64,000 nucleotides of DNA from Octopus sinensis (GCF_006345805.1 NC_043004.1:98456001-98520000); one strand, 5' to 3'. Shown: positions 25,225 through 39,502, counted from the stretch's first letter. Translations and numbers: made by a program. The notes: generated by a model from the letters alone, not told the origin.

Positions 25225-26155
25225 CTATGTCTTCTTCTTCTTCTTCCTTCTTCTTCTTCTCCAACTTCTTTTTCAAACTTCTCCTTCTTCAATTTCTTCA
25301 AATCTTCTTCTTCTTCAACTTCTTCAAATTCTTCTTCCTTCGTCTTCTTCTTCAATTTCTTCTTCTCCAACTTCTTCTTCAATTTCTTCAACTTCTTCTT
25401 CAAATTCTTCTTCAACTTCTTCAATTTCTTCAACTTCTTCGTCTTCAACTTCTTCAAATTCTTCTTCTTCGTCTTCTTCTTCAACTTCTTCTTCTCCAAA
25501 TTCTTCTTCAACTTCTTCTTCTTCAACTTCTTCAATTTCTTCAACTTCTTCTTCAACTTCTTCTTCAACTTCTTCTTTGTCTTCTTCTTCAACTTCTTCA
25601 AATTCTTCTTTGTCTTCTTCTTCAACTTCTTCTTCTTCAAATTCTCTTCTCCTTCTTCAATTTCTTCAACTTCTTCTTCTTCAAATTCTTCTTCCTCGTC
25701 TTCTTCTTCAACTTCTTCAACTATTTCTTCTTCTCCTTCTTCAATTTCTTCAACTTCTTCTTCTTCAAATTCTTCTTCCTCGTCTTCTTCTTCAACTTCT
25801 TCTTCAACTATTTCTTCTTCTCCTTCTTCAATTTCTTCAACTTCTTCTTCTTCAAATTCTTCTTCCTCGTCTTCTTCTTCAACTTCTTCTTCAACTATTT
25901 CTTCTTCTTCTTCTTCAAATTCTTCTTCTCCTTCTTCAAATTCTACAACTTCTTCTTCAAATTCTTCTTCTTCGTCTTCTTCTTCAACTTCTTCAACTTC
26001 TTCTTCAACTACTTCTTCTTCTTCTTCTTCTTCTTCTCTTCTTCTTCTCCTCCTCCCCCTTCTTCTTCTTCTTCTTCTTCTTCTCCTCCTCCCCCTTCTT
26101 CTTCTTCTTCTTCTTCTTCTTCTTCTCCTTCTTCTTCTTCTCCTTCTTCTTCAAC
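25225..26155. repeat. (TTC)n-derived complex VNTR with higher-order ~85-bp units
   Basis: TTC run interrupted by AAC/AAT/AAA/GTC/TCC triplets; ~85-bp block repeated about 3 times at 25630-25910. Confidence 0.9.
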
Positions 26156-26460
26156 ATCAACTATATAGCATATGTGGTACACTTTGTCCACCACCACTAG
26201 GTCCGGTCTGTTATGCTCTAGCACCTGATCTTCTTGGAATGGGAAAATCCCGGAGGCTTTTGCTAGTCTCTGACTCACCCACTTTCACTACCTGGTCATA
26301 TTGCCACAACTCATAGGGACTTGGGACAAGTCTAGGGCATTAATTCATGGTATGGACAAAGGTTTCACTTACTCTATTGCAGATGCACCACAGCAGAGAC
26401 ACTTGCTGATTCTTAAGGTTGACCCTCCAGTTCATGGTCAAAGCTTGTTCTTGTGCTATT
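26156..26460 (-). pseudogene. R4/Dong-type RLE LINE fragment
   Basis: IIAQEQALTMN...WCICNRVSETFVH (decayed CCHC) and HNRPDLVVVDKVYHICYIVDV (RLE PD..D motif). Confidence 0.75.
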
Positions 26461-26557
26461 ATCATTATAATTGTTGTTGCTGTTGCTGTTGTTTTTGTTG
26501 TTAATATTATTATTGTAATTGTTATTGTTATTGCTATTCTTCTTTTTATTATTATCA

Positions 26558-26730
26558 TGACAACCGATGTTGGTGTGTTTAGGTCCTCGTAACTTAGTGG
26601 TTTGGCAACAAGAGACCGATAGAATAAAGTACTAGGCTTACAAAGAATAAGTCCTGGGGTCGATTTGATTCAACTAAAGGTGGTGCTCCAGCATGGCCAC
26701 CATCAAATAACTGAAACAAGTAAAAGAGTA
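26558..26730 (+). mobile_element. SINE family A, 3' half
   Basis: tgacaaccgatg...aactgaaacaagtaaaagag. Confidence 0.85.
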
Positions 26731-27209
26731 TCTCTTGTTTTGTTCTTGTTTTTTTAGATTCTTAGTCGGAATCCCATCGAAGTCAACATTATTCTTCACC
26801 ATTCCAAGGCCAATAAAATAAAATTCCAGTCAAGTACTGATGTCTTTTGAACCCAATCTCTGCTCCTTCAAAATATCTTTCCTTTTTTCATGTATTGTAG
26901 TTATTAGTGTTGTTCTGAATTCTTGAGGAAATATCAATTTCTAATAAAGTGGTAAATTATGTTACATATGACAAAGAGCCACCATAGAATATAGAATCCA
27001 TATTATATTTTTCCAAAATTTATTGCTCACAGAATTCTTGTTTCTTTTTTTTTTTTATATCTTTCTGTTTTTAATTTCTAGCTTCTGTTGTTTTAAGTGA
27101 ACATATTTTTATAATGACATTACTCTGAAATCCTATAGCTGCTGCATCAGACTTTCAAATTTGAGTGTAAGGCAATCCTTTGTCAATTAAAGTCAACAGA
27201 TACACACAC

Positions 27210-27630
27210 ATAGGCGCAGGAGTGGCTGTGTGGTAAGTAGCTTGCTAACCAACCACATGGTCCCGGGTTCAGTCCCACTGCGTGGCATCTTGGGCAAGTG
27301 TCTTCTGCTATAGCCCCGGGCCGACCAATGCCTTGTGAGTGGATTTGGTTGACGGAAACTGAAAGAAGCCGTCGTACATATGTATATATATATATATATG
27401 TGTGTGTGTGTTTGTGTGTCTGTGTTTGTCCCCCTAGCATTGCTTGACAACCGATGCTGGTGTGTTTACGTCCCCGTCACTTAGCAGTTCGGCAAAAGAG
27501 ACCGATAGAATAAGTACTGGGCTTACAAAGAATAAGTCCCGGGGTCGATTTGCTCGACTAAAGGCGGTGCTCCAGCATGGCCGCAGTCAAATGACTGAAA
27601 CAAGTAAAAGAGTAAAAGAGTAAAAGAGTA
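27210..27630 (+). mobile_element. SINE family A (low-divergence subfamily)
   Basis: Full length with (taaaagag)n tail. Confidence 0.93.
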
Positions 27631-27679
27631 ATATTCATAATCTTCTCACTTAGGCATGTGTAAGGTTTTTTTTTTTTGA

Positions 27680-27990
27680 GAAGCTGGTTGCATGGTACAG
27701 GGCTCGTCTTCAGACATGCAACACTACTTTTGTATTCTTGAGCAAGATACTTTATTTCACATTAGTCCAGTTCACTCAGCTGAGGAAATGAGTGGCAACA
27801 TCACTGGTGCCAAGCTGTATCAGCCTTTGCCTTTCCCTTGGATAGCATCAGTAGCGTGGAGAGGAGAGGCTGGTATGCATAGGCAACTGCTTGCCTTCCA
27901 TAAAACAACCTTGCCTGAATTTGTGCCTAGGAGGGTAACTTCCTAGTTGCAATTCCATGGTCATTTATGACCAAAGTGGGGTCTTTAGTT
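27680..27990 (+). mobile_element. SINE family E, diverged
   Basis: ttcttgagcaagatactttatttcac central domain; homologous to the minus-strand copy at 39725-40052. Confidence 0.65.
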
Positions 27991-28049
27991 TTCTACATTT
28001 CTGATTCCAGTGTTCAGTAAATCTGATGGAGAGATGGACTATTAAAATT

Positions 28050-28476
28050 GGATCTTTTCGGATTGAACGGCAGTTTTTTCTAGTGGTGTCATATGAAATT
28101 GTCACCCATAATTATGACCCTAGTATCGATCTATTGCATTTCAATCTGTTTTAGGGTTTGGGTTAGTTAGGGTTAGAGGTAGGGGGAAGGGTATCTTTTT
28201 TTCTTCACAAATGTAAATAAACCCAATCTGTTTCTTAAATGAGGGATATATTCATACGGCACAGAATATTTTTTACCTCAATAGACATCATTGATTGGTT
28301 GAAATTGCAGAAATTGAAGAAAAAAAACAACAAATATCTTACAAACTATAGAATTTTCTTAATAAAGCCAAGAGAAAAAGATGTTTTATAAACACATTCT
28401 ACCAGTATACGAGGTTTAAAATTTTTCAGTTACCTAGAAATTATGCTAAAAACTGCCGTTCAAACTGAGAAGATCC
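28050..28476. mobile_element. Non-autonomous DNA transposon (MITE), copy 2
   Basis: Co-linear with 7316-7744; GGATCTTTTCGG...GAAGATCC ends; flanks ttaaaatt/taaaagtt. Confidence 0.9.
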
Positions 28477-29581
28477 TAAAAGTTATTTTGCTAATGATTC
28501 AAGTTTATTGTAATCTTCAAGATAAACTGGGTAAATTGGTAGAGTTTCTCTAATTCATCCCTGTCATGCCTGTTCCTTTTATCTGCAACAGAATGCATTT
28601 CAACTTTATAACCTTCCACTTAATTTCTGAATGTGTGTCAAATGTAAAGACCAACTGGACCAGATATTTTCTTGCCATCATAGGTCTCTGTAGGGATCTT
28701 AATTATTTCTTTATGATGCTTCTCGACCAAGTAGGAATCATAAACTAATAATGATTTTCTCTTATCCATAATTGTAATAATATTGATCTCAGCTATTGTA
28801 CTAGGCCTTTTGCTGAATCCTTGTCAATAGATTGTAAGAAAAGATTCCCAGAGAATGCTGTGGTTTCAGTCAGTTTGCTCTTGATTTACTCAATTAAGCT
28901 ACTTGTACTCTACCTCCTGTATTGAGTACTTTTTATTACTATTAGAGTGAGATTTGATTGTTTTTTCGCTAATGGACGTCTGCCACTCAGAAGCCCAAAA
29001 CAGGGCAAAAATTACATGATCTGACAATTTTGGTGGTTCTAACAGACGATTCTTATCTCTCAACAATATAAATACAAGTGCTTCCACGAATTCATACAAG
29101 AGTTTCTCTCTAGATAAATAACAAAATATTCAGTGTTCTAATATAACATGCATGCTAACGTGAGCATAAAGATTACATTTGCTATTAATACTGCTTTTTT
29201 TTTTTAATAAGCCTACATAATAATTAGAAATAAGTTAAATGCATATAGCTGCTACATCAAAGGAAACAAGGACACATATCCTGCAGAAACACTTGTGAGA
29301 GCGGAATTTTATGAGAATAATGCTTTAATAAATCAATTTTGGAGTTGTATAATTTTCCATTCTTCCTTATTATGTCTTCGTTATATACGCTGTGTGCCGC
29401 ATGAAATCAAATGATGTGAACTACCATGTAATCGTTTATCTTAAAGGATTCTAAATGTTTCCTATCGTTCGATGTGGTTGGCCAGATCTGGATTGTATCA
29501 TAGTGTTAATAAGATACTCATGTAGGTTTCAAATCTCTATTCCTTTACATTGTGTGTATGTATATGTATATATATATATAT

Positions 29582-29617
<36 letters not shown>

Positions 29618-29704
29618 ATATATATATAATATATATATATATAATATATAATATAATATATAGATATATATAATATAATATAATATAATATAATATATAT
29701 ATAT

Positions 29705-29831
29705 ATCATCATCATCATCATCATAGTTTAATAAATGCTTTCCATGCTAGCATGGGTATAGTTATATATATATATCTCATCATCATCATCATCATCATAG
29801 TTTAACGTCCGCTTTCCATGCTAGCATGGGT
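29705..29831 (-). repeat. Two tandem copies of a (GAT)n-tailed retroelement 3' end
   Basis: (cat)n agtttaa..gctttccatgctagcatgggta occurs twice; related pieces at about 46040-46100, 52842-52890 and 55860-55940. Confidence 0.7.
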
Positions 29832-30513
29832 ATATATATATATATATAGATAGATAGATAGATAGAAAGATAGACCGACAGACAGACAGACACCTACTTA
29901 CATACATAATGTATAAAGTGAGAGAGAAAGAGAGAGAGAGACAGACAGGCAGACAGTGATATGAAACAGAGTGGGATGAATACCATCAAGTATTGATTGA
30001 TGAAGGGGTAATGTGGAAGAGTGATGGATAGCAATAAAGATGGGTGATAGACAGAGAGAATGATTGATGTCAATAATGAGTGATAAAAGGATAATCATAG
30101 AAAAGAGTAAGGAGGAAGTCTAACACGAAAAAAATTGATGATAGTAATGTGTAATGGGGGATGAGAAAGTGTGATGGTTTAGCAATAAAAGAAGTGTGAT
30201 CATCAAGAGGATTAAATACAGACGGTTCCACAGCCATCCCCTGTTACATATGCAGTATTTTGTGGGGGTAGAGATAGAATGATGTAAGAGAGAGAGAGAG
30301 AGTGAGAGAGAGAGATGGTGATAGAATAAAGGGTGAATGAAAGATGAGGGAGTAACAAAAACAGGATGCATGCAACGGCTGAATACTTAAAATGAGCATA
30401 ATAGGCAAGAGGGACCAAAGTGTAAATATTACATATATACATATATACCTACATAAATATATATATGTATATATATATGTGTATATACATATATATACAT
30501 GTATGTGTGTGTG

Positions 30514-30595
<82 letters not shown>

Positions 30596-30754
30596 AATAT
30601 ATATATATATGTGTGTATATATATATATTATATATATATATACACACATATGCATATATATGTAAATTCACACATATTTATATAACCAAAACTATTACTG
30701 TCTTCATTTTTTTCTTTTTCCCTTTATGTAATTCTTTGATACTTCCTAACCATT

Positions 30755-30789
<35 letters not shown>

Positions 30790-33359
30790 TGCTCCTACAA
30801 ATGTATATCATACTAACACGCACATACACACAGATATGCACATGGGTTTATTACATGTATGTATGTGTGTGCATTTATGTGCATATACATATATGAATGC
30901 ATATTTTAGTAGAGAATGAGAGCAATAGTTTGAGAGTTTCAAAGAGTTACATAGGGAGAAAGATAAAAAGGTATGCAGACTGACAGACAAATAGAACGTA
31001 GCTCAGAGAAGATAAAAAGCAAATGATAACGACTGACCTCATAAAATATAGAAAGAATATGTTTGATAGAGAGCAAAAGAGAGATAGGAGAGATACAGAA
31101 AGGAGAGAGAGCTAGATAGAAAGAAAGGGCAAGAGATAAAGAGAGACAGTGTGGGTAAGAGAGAAAGAGGGGTAACACAAGAAGTAGATGGGCTGGGTGG
31201 AAGATGTTGGTTCAAAGTGAAATGGAATAATATCAAAAAAAAAAATAGAAAAGAAAAAGATTCCCAAGAAATCATGAAGAAGGAAAAAATGGTAAAATTG
31301 TTCCAATGTTAAAAATAACTTCAGCAATTTCCTAATTATGTCCACCGATTATTCTATTTTTATTCTCACACCAAAGACAAGATGTTTCACAAACATACAC
31401 ACACCCACTCACTCGCAAAGATGGAAGCAGACTCATACAGATGTATGCATGTGCTTACGCATAGGCATTCACATAGATATGAGCATGCATTCACTTACAG
31501 ATTCACACATGTGCAGAAACACGCTTGCATACATATATATTGATACACAATTTCAGACACATACAAATACACGTTCACACATATATACATACACTCAAAC
31601 ACACAGACACACGTCTGAATTCAGACATACATGCATACCCTTATGTGCACACATACGAACACACATACATGCACAAATATATATGCACCAACCAAACAAA
31701 AAATGATTTTGGAGATAGCTAGAAGAAATTAATGGAACTACCATTTCTTGTCTCTAAACAAGATTCCATGGTGGAATGACTCCAGCAAAACTAGAGGCAA
31801 CAACATTGCTGTGAATCTGCTCACATTTCTGTAATTAGAATTAATAAGAAAAAATATAGGACCAGAATGGAAGGAAGCGAAAGAAAGATAAAGAAAGAAA
31901 AGATGGGAGACAGCTTAAGGAAGACAGAGAGGCAGGTAGAAAGAGGGAGAGAGAAAGAGAGAGAGACAGAAAATGAACTGATGAAAGCATTTTAAAGTTG
32001 TATTTTTTTTTTTCAATAAGTCCTCATTGATATTCATTTAAACTGGATTTTATATCATGAAAACATCATTTGCACAGAGCATAGATAAATTAGTGTGCAT
32101 GCTACATGCATACATATACATATACATGTGTGTGTGTTTGTGTGCATGTGCATGTGTGTGATTGTATGTGTGCATGTGTATGTGCATGTATCTTTTTTAT
32201 TTTTAACCAGCAAGAAGTTACGCAAGTGACTCAAGGGCTAGCAGTTTCATGCAGGGCACTCATCAAATATGTATGATTATATATGTGTGTGTGTGTGTGT
32301 GTATGTCTGTGTGTGTCTGTGTGTAGCTACATGTGCTGAGTATGTGTATGTGAATGCATGTGTGTGTGTGTGTGTATATATGTGTTTTAGCGTTCCGATT
32401 TAAACAGCAAATAGTTGGAAATGTGAAGTTTAATTACTTTAAATTTATCTTGGGCTTTTTTGTTTCATACATTCTGTGCTATACATAAATATTCATTAAC
32501 TATTTTATCACTTGCTGACAAACACATAGTATGCAAATTAGTCTAACCATTACAGCAAAATTCAAGCTTGGCTTCGATTTAAAAAGCAATTTGCTATATG
32601 TTTGCCTTATGATGGAGGAATGAGTGAAATACTTGTCTCAGGGTAAATGGTCAACAAACAGCAGCACATATTAGAATGATTTCCTTCATGCATTACTGAA
32701 TAATTAGTTGTGTCCATGTCTCATTAATGTTCAATAGCAAAAGACTGAAAACTGTAGTCTAACTACTTTGAATTTATCTTATATACTGTCTAAGAATCCA
32801 TAAGTCAGAAAAAATAATATTTCGTACACTTTTCAGTAGAGTGGGTATATTAATCGAAATGTGCAGCATTTTATATACATTACGTCTGATCTTACTACTC
32901 AGTTTCACACTAGAGTTTCAATGGAGTGTTAAATAACATCCCAATTACGTAACCTTGTGTTCCTCAGAGATTGCAGTTATGGAATGAAATATGGCAACTG
33001 CTCTCAATTGTTGAAGGTGAAAAACACATCTGGTTTGTAGTTGCTGTAAAAAATATGGTGGACTGATCCAATCTCTCCAATGTTTATTTGCTTCCATTAC
33101 TGGCTGCATATTTTTGTGAACTACATCTGCCAACATTAAAAAGTAACTCCGAGCGTCCAGAAACAGCTGTCAGACTTGTAACCCCATACCTTCTCACTTT
33201 AAATTTTTGTGCATCTTCGTATACTGTAGTAGTTTGCTCTATTAATATATAAATATCTATATATTTATACTTGAAGGTTCATTGTTTGAAATGACTGAAA
33301 CGAGTAAAAGAGTAAAAGAGTAAAAGAGAAAGAGTAAAGAGTTACATACTTGACAATAT

Positions 33360-33560
33360 ATTAGTTGCATTTACCTTCTGAGTTCAAATTCCACCGAGGA
33401 CGACTTTGCCTTTCATCCTTCCGGGGTCGATTAAATAGGTACCAGTTACACACTGGTGGACGATGTAATCGACTTAATCTCTTTATCTGTCCTTGTTTGT
33501 CCCCTCTATGTTTGTCCTCTCTATGTTTATCCCCCTCCATGGGCAATAAAACAATAAATA
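33360..33560 (+). mobile_element. SINE family B, 5'-truncated
   Basis: Family-B body and B1 tail with a small internal duplication. Confidence 0.8.
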
Positions 33561-33629
33561 TATTAGTTACATTATAGAAAATATATTACTGTTATAAAAT
33601 ACTGTTACTATATAAAATATATTACTGTT

Positions 33630-34050
33630 ATAGGCGCAGGAGTGGCTGTGTGGTAAGTAGCTTGTTTACCAACCACATGGTTCCGGGTTCAGTCCCACTG
33701 TGTGGCACCTTGGGAAAGTGTTTTCTACTGTAGCCTCGGGACAACCAAAGCCTTGTGAGTGGATTTGGTAGACGGAAACTGAAAGAAGCCCGTCATATAT
33801 ATGTATATATATATATATGCATGTGTGTGTTTGTGTGTCTGTATTTGTCCCCCTAGCATTGCTTGACAACCGATGCTGGTGTGTTTATGTCCCCGTTACT
33901 TAGCGGTTCGGCAAAAGAGACCGATAAAATACGTACTAGGCTTACAAAAAGAATAAGTCCCGGGATCGAGTTGCTCGATTAAAGGCGGTGCTCCAGCATG
34001 GCCGCAGTCAAATGACTGAAACAAGTAAAAGTGAGAGAGAAAAGAGAGAG
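33630..34050 (+). mobile_element. SINE family A
   Basis: Full length. Confidence 0.92.
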
Positions 34051-34429
34051 TTATATTATTAACAATATACTTGTAATTTTATTTACATTACTGAGAGTAT
34101 AATACCATTACATTATTCACAATATAATACTACTGCTTATATTGACAATGGTATTTTATGGTTGGTTATACTATTGGAGGTATGTTAATGGCGGTTAAAT
34201 TATTTAATCTGAGACAAAAATTGAGAAGTTGGCAATACTCTTATTTGAACTCAGAAGAAAGGAGATGTTGACTACTTATCATATATGTATATTATCTACT
34301 TTCCTTCAATATCTATTTTTGTTTTGTCCTTTAGCTAATCCAATGCTTATTATTTTTATCTTAAGAAGCAGAGAATGTCAAACAACCAAACAGAAATAGA
34401 CACAAACAGGCATAACGTAATTGGTAAAA

Positions 34430-34518
34430 ATAATAATACTGATGATGACAATGATGACTATGATGACGACGACGATGATGATGATGAGGATAATGATGAG
34501 CATAATAATAATAATAAC

Positions 34519-34551
<33 letters not shown>

Positions 34552-34609
34552 GATAAAATTAATAATAATAATAATAATAATAATAACAATAAAATCAATA
34601 ATAATAATA

Positions 34610-34668
<59 letters not shown>

Positions 34669-34726
34669 AATAATGATGATGATGATAATAATAATAATAA
34701 TAAGGATAATAATAATAATGATAATA

Positions 34727-34763
<37 letters not shown>

Positions 34764-34790
34764 TAATAATAATATAATAATAATAATAAG
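34430..34790. repeat. (GAT)n/(AAT)n compound microsatellite
   Basis: Direct inspection. Confidence 0.95.
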
Positions 34791-35189
34791 ATATAGAAAT
34801 GTATCTAAATGTTAAGGATTACATATTTGCAATTGGGAAAGAAAGAAATGTATAGCAACCACTAATGTTTAACCATGTTTAAAATCATGAGATACACAAA
34901 GGAGACATCGTTCAAACTAAAACACAGCAACGTCTGTGCGGAGTGAACATGGCATGTTTCAATAACACAGTCGAGTAATAAAGTAACATTAGTACTTAAT
35001 TATACACCTTGTCCACTGGAATGTGAACAACTTCAAGATTGCCAAGAGAACGAAAACAAAAGAAAAAGCATTCGCTAAATATATACACCATCAAAATAAC
35101 AAGAACATTCGCATAAAATATCTTAAACAACAAATTGAGAATTGAAAGAGAGAAACAGAAGTGATACAAAGGATATGCATTGATACAGA

Positions 35190-35194
35190 CATAC

Positions 35195-35239
<45 letters not shown>

Positions 35240-36365
35240 CATACATATATATCCATATGTATTCAATAATATATACATAATATATATCCATATACATTCA
35301 TATAATATATACATACATATGTATATATGTACATACATATATATCCATATACATTCATATAATATATACATACATATATATATATGTACATACATATATA
35401 TCCAATACATTCATATAATATATATATACATATATATATATGTACATACATATATATCCATATACATTCATATAATATATATATATACATATATATCCAT
35501 ATACATTCATATAATATATACATACATACATATATACATACATATATGCATAAAATATATATAAACACACACACACACATATATATATATATAAAGACAA
35601 AGAGAGAGAGAAGGGGAAAGTGAGGAAGGAGAGGGAGAGAGGCAGAGGGTTAGGACAGACAGAGTAGAGGGTTCGAAGACACGTACCAACTACATAATAT
35701 GTAATAGGAAAGAATTGCTAATGATTAGGTGTACATGTTTTATGCTCACTCTACCTTAAAACGCAGAAGCAGAGACATGTTCTACACGCACATGCCTAAC
35801 TACAAACACACATTCACCAGACACAGACACAAGACATGCACAAAATATAATAGAAACAAGGACAAGACGAGACACATACACACTCCGGCATTCTGTAATG
35901 ATATGCAAATTAAAAGAAAAAAAGCAACTACATGCATATATACATACACGCACCACATATATATATATAAATTATATATATATATATTATTATATATATA
36001 TATATATATAATATATATATATATATGTATATAATATGTATATATATAAATATATGTATATATATATGTAATATATATATGATATATATATATAAATATA
36101 TATATATACATATACATACTATATATTATCTATATATATATGTATATATCTATATATATATTATATACTACATAATATATATATATATATATTATATACA
36201 TATATTATATATATATAACATATATATATACATATATTTATTTATATATACATATATATATACATATATATATATATATAATATATATATATATATCTAT
36301 ATATATATATTATTATATATATATATATAAATAATATGTATATATAATATATATTATATACACAC
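35190..36365. repeat. (TA)n-rich block including a ~57-bp minisatellite at 35270-35530
   Basis: ccatatacattcatataatata recurs about 5 times. Confidence 0.85.
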
Positions 36366-37734
36366 AAACATTTTAGCTAGTTATTTTTTTGTTTGTTGTT
36401 GTTTTCTAATAGCCATTTTCAATTTTCTTTCCAAATTGAAAGCTTGCTTTTCACAAAGACATTCGTTGCTGATCTGGAAGTTGTAAATTAAAGAGACTTC
36501 CACACTAACATTCAATATCTATGGAGTTTATTATTTTTTTTTATAGTGTTTTATTCTAACTCCCTCCCATCTTTATGGTATAAACTTAATCTTCCTTTTT
36601 CTTCATGCGTTCTTACCTAAGAAATAAACAACAATATTTGCAAATATATAAAAATAAGGAAATTTACCAAAGTGATATAAAAGAAGGAAAAAAAAAGAAA
36701 GAAATCCGAAGGAAGTTAAGCAAAACGAAAATCACACACAAATAGCTAAAAAGTAAATTTTGCTCATCATAACACCCACACTAAAAAGATAGAATTTAAA
36801 AAGGCAAAAAAATAAATAAAAAATGTGAAATTAGAATCAGTGATACATTTTGATGAATATCAGCAAAAATCCCACAAAAAAAAATGTTAATGAAAACCCC
36901 TAACAGTAGCAGCAGCAACAATGGTGATGACAATGGCAGCGACAACAGCAGCAGCAGCAGCAACCACAGCTTCATGTGAATTTAGAATGTCTGCCATATC
37001 TGAAGTGACATTTGCTGTTGTGATGAGCAAATACAGATTATTATTAGCCAAAAGTGATTATATTAACAACTGTCGATAAAACTATGATGCAAATAAACAA
37101 AAATGGAGAATTATTTATATACAAACAACCACACACACACACACACACACATTATACATACTTTGTATACATACATGTGTGTGTATGCATATAAAATGTG
37201 AGAAAATGTCAAAAAGACATGTAAATGTTCAGACTAGACCTAGTGCTCAAAAATCCATCATTAAGAGAACAGAAATGGGATTCATAGAAAAATGAGTTGA
37301 CAGAGATATTGTACAGGTCAAGCTAATTCTAAGTATAATAGAATAGAATTTATGAACAGGCAGTTGCAAGGCATCTTCTCAAGTTGAAGTGTATACAAAT
37401 GTGTGAAATATCAATTTACACAAATATATTTTATTCAGTGCTGCTTCGTGTGACTCAAGTTAATTAATTCTAGCTTGACCAAAACTTAGCCATATCATCG
37501 AACGTAGTGTTTGTTGTTCTGTTTAAGAATGAATTATTCTTTTCAGGCTGTGAAATGCACTTTTGATATTTGTAGTTGATGATGTGCAACAATGAAGAAA
37601 TGCATGAATCCTACGGTTCAATGTCATCATTCACAGCCTAGTGTGTTTTACATAGTTGTTTGGGAAGGAAATTTTCTTCTGAAACTGTTTCAACAGTGAA
37701 AATTCTCACCACATTCTAGTGTATATTAAACATC

Positions 37735-37972
37735 TTATTTCTTTATTGCCCACAGGGGGGTAAACAAAGAGGGGACAAACAAGGACAGACAAAGGGATTA
37801 AATTGATTACATTGACCCCAGTGCGTAATTGATACTTAATTTATCAAGCCCAAAAGGATGAAAGGCAAAGTTGACCTCGACAGAATTTGAACTCAGAACA
37901 TAACGGCAGATGAAATACCGCTAAGCATTTCACCCAGTGTGCTAACATTTCTGCCAGCTCACCGCCTTTATA
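37735..37972 (-). mobile_element. SINE family B (B1 tail)
   Basis: Full-length reverse complement. Confidence 0.85.
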
Positions 37973-38157
37973 TCTAAACATCTTAGTCATGACTTTACAT
38001 TATACATTGATAAAAGCTAAGACTGTTACAAGCAAACAAAGCAAAAATATTGCTTAATGATTCCATGTTACTCCCTTCATGAATGGAATTCTCCACAATA
38101 TGATTTTCTTACGAATATTTCCTTGAGACAAGAAATATTTTTTGGTGTCATTAAAGA

Positions 38158-38380
38158 CAAAGCTGGAAGCTAGCAGAATTGTTAGCACACTAGGCAAAAT
38201 ACTTAACGGCATTTTGTCTGACATTACTATCTGAGTTCAAAATCTTCTGAGGTCGACTTCGCCTTTCATCCTTGCAGGATCAATAAAATAAGTACCAGTT
38301 GAGTACTGGGGTTGATGTAATTAACTTATTTGCTTCTCCGAAATTGCTGGCCTGGTGCCAAAATTAAAAACCAGTATCAT
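38158..38380 (+). mobile_element. SINE family B (B2 tail), diverged
   Basis: Family-B body with tail gaaattgctggcctggtgccaaaatt. Confidence 0.7.
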
Positions 38381-38654
38381 TAAGGAGAGTTTTAAAGCCA
38401 TATGTTTAAATGATTTCACAATTACCTGTTCTTTTTGCAGCATTTCATTAAATGTTTTATTCCTTCACCCACCTCTGTAACATTAGGTATCTTCATAACA
38501 GTGGATACATTTTCAGCTATTTTTTCCTAGACATCATAAATAGGATGTTTCTGCTCATAAATCTAGAGTCTGTGATGTTAGTCATTGATAAAATGTGTTT
38601 GTTTTAATATCTCTGTTGTAATTTGTTTTGAATGAAGAATAACCATTTTGGTTC

Positions 38655-38900
38655 TTTTATTCTTTTACTTATGTAAGTTATTTGACTGTGGCCATGCTGG
38701 AGCACCACCTATTTGTTGAAGAAAATCGACCCCACAACCCATTCTTTGTAAGCCTGGTGCATATTTTATGCCGAACTGCTTAGTTACAGGAACGTAAACA
38801 GACCAACATTAGTTGTCAAGCAATGGTGTGGTAGGGGGACAAGCACAGACACAAACACAGATACAAACACATACACATAAATATATACATATATATATAT
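38655..38900 (-). mobile_element. SINE family A, 3' half
   Basis: Reverse complement of the tail to the central microsatellite. Confidence 0.8.
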
Positions 38901-38908
38901 ATATATAT

Positions 38909-39088
38909 AGCCATTACACACATTTTTTCTCTCCTTGTTTTTTTTCTGTGTATCTTTCTGTCGAAGAGCATAGGCTCGAAACGTAAAAGACTTTTTCTAT
39001 TTCTATTCCTGAGCGCTATACTAATACATTTATTTGTTTGTACTCCACCTGCCTTCGTCTTTTGTTTATTTTCGTAAACTTTCCCTTT
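38909..39088 (+). mobile_element. Short PLE pLTR-like element with hammerhead motif (family H2)
   Basis: UCUUU-CUGuCGA-A-GAGC-AUAG-GCUC-GAAA-CG-UA-AAAGA at 38953-38990; flanked by (TA)n. Confidence 0.75.
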
Positions 39089-39110
39089 ATATATATACAT
39101 ATATATACAC

Positions 39111-39502
39111 ATAGGCACAGGTGGCTGTGTGGTAAGTAGCATGCTTACCAACCACATGGTTCTGGGTTCAGTCTCACTGCGTGGCACCTTGGGCAAGTGT
39201 CTTCTGCTATAGCCTCGGGCCGACCAATGCCTTGTGAGTGGATTTGGTAGATGGAACCTGAAAGAAGCCTGTCGTGTATATGTATATATATGTATATGTT
39301 TGTGTGTCTGTGTTTGTTCCCCTAGCATTGCTTGACAACCGATGGTGGTGTGTTTACGTCCCCGTCACTTAGCGGTTCGGCAAAACAGACCGCTAGAATA
39401 AGTACTGGGCTTACAAAGAATAAGTCCCGGGGTCGATTTGTTCGACTAAAGGCAGTGCTCCAGCATGGCCGAAGTCAAATGACTGAAACAAGTAAAAGAG
39501 TA
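39111..39502 (+). mobile_element. SINE family A
   Basis: Full length. Confidence 0.9.

Noticed and set aside
25227-26168. 313-aa F/N/L/Q-rich ORF and overlapping ORFs
   Set aside because: A trinucleotide VNTR lacks stops by construction; not supported as a gene.
28560-28900. Possible pogo/Tc5 DDE remnant on the minus strand (RKSLLVYDSY)
   Set aside because: A single short motif among many stops; insufficient without an HMM search.
28980-29015. Hammerhead-like remnant (ctcagaa-gccc..gggc-aaaa)
   Set aside because: Both core strands are mutated; too decayed to call.
34375-34815. 146-aa Asn/Asp-rich ORF
   Set aside because: Entirely (GAT)/(AAT) microsatellite.
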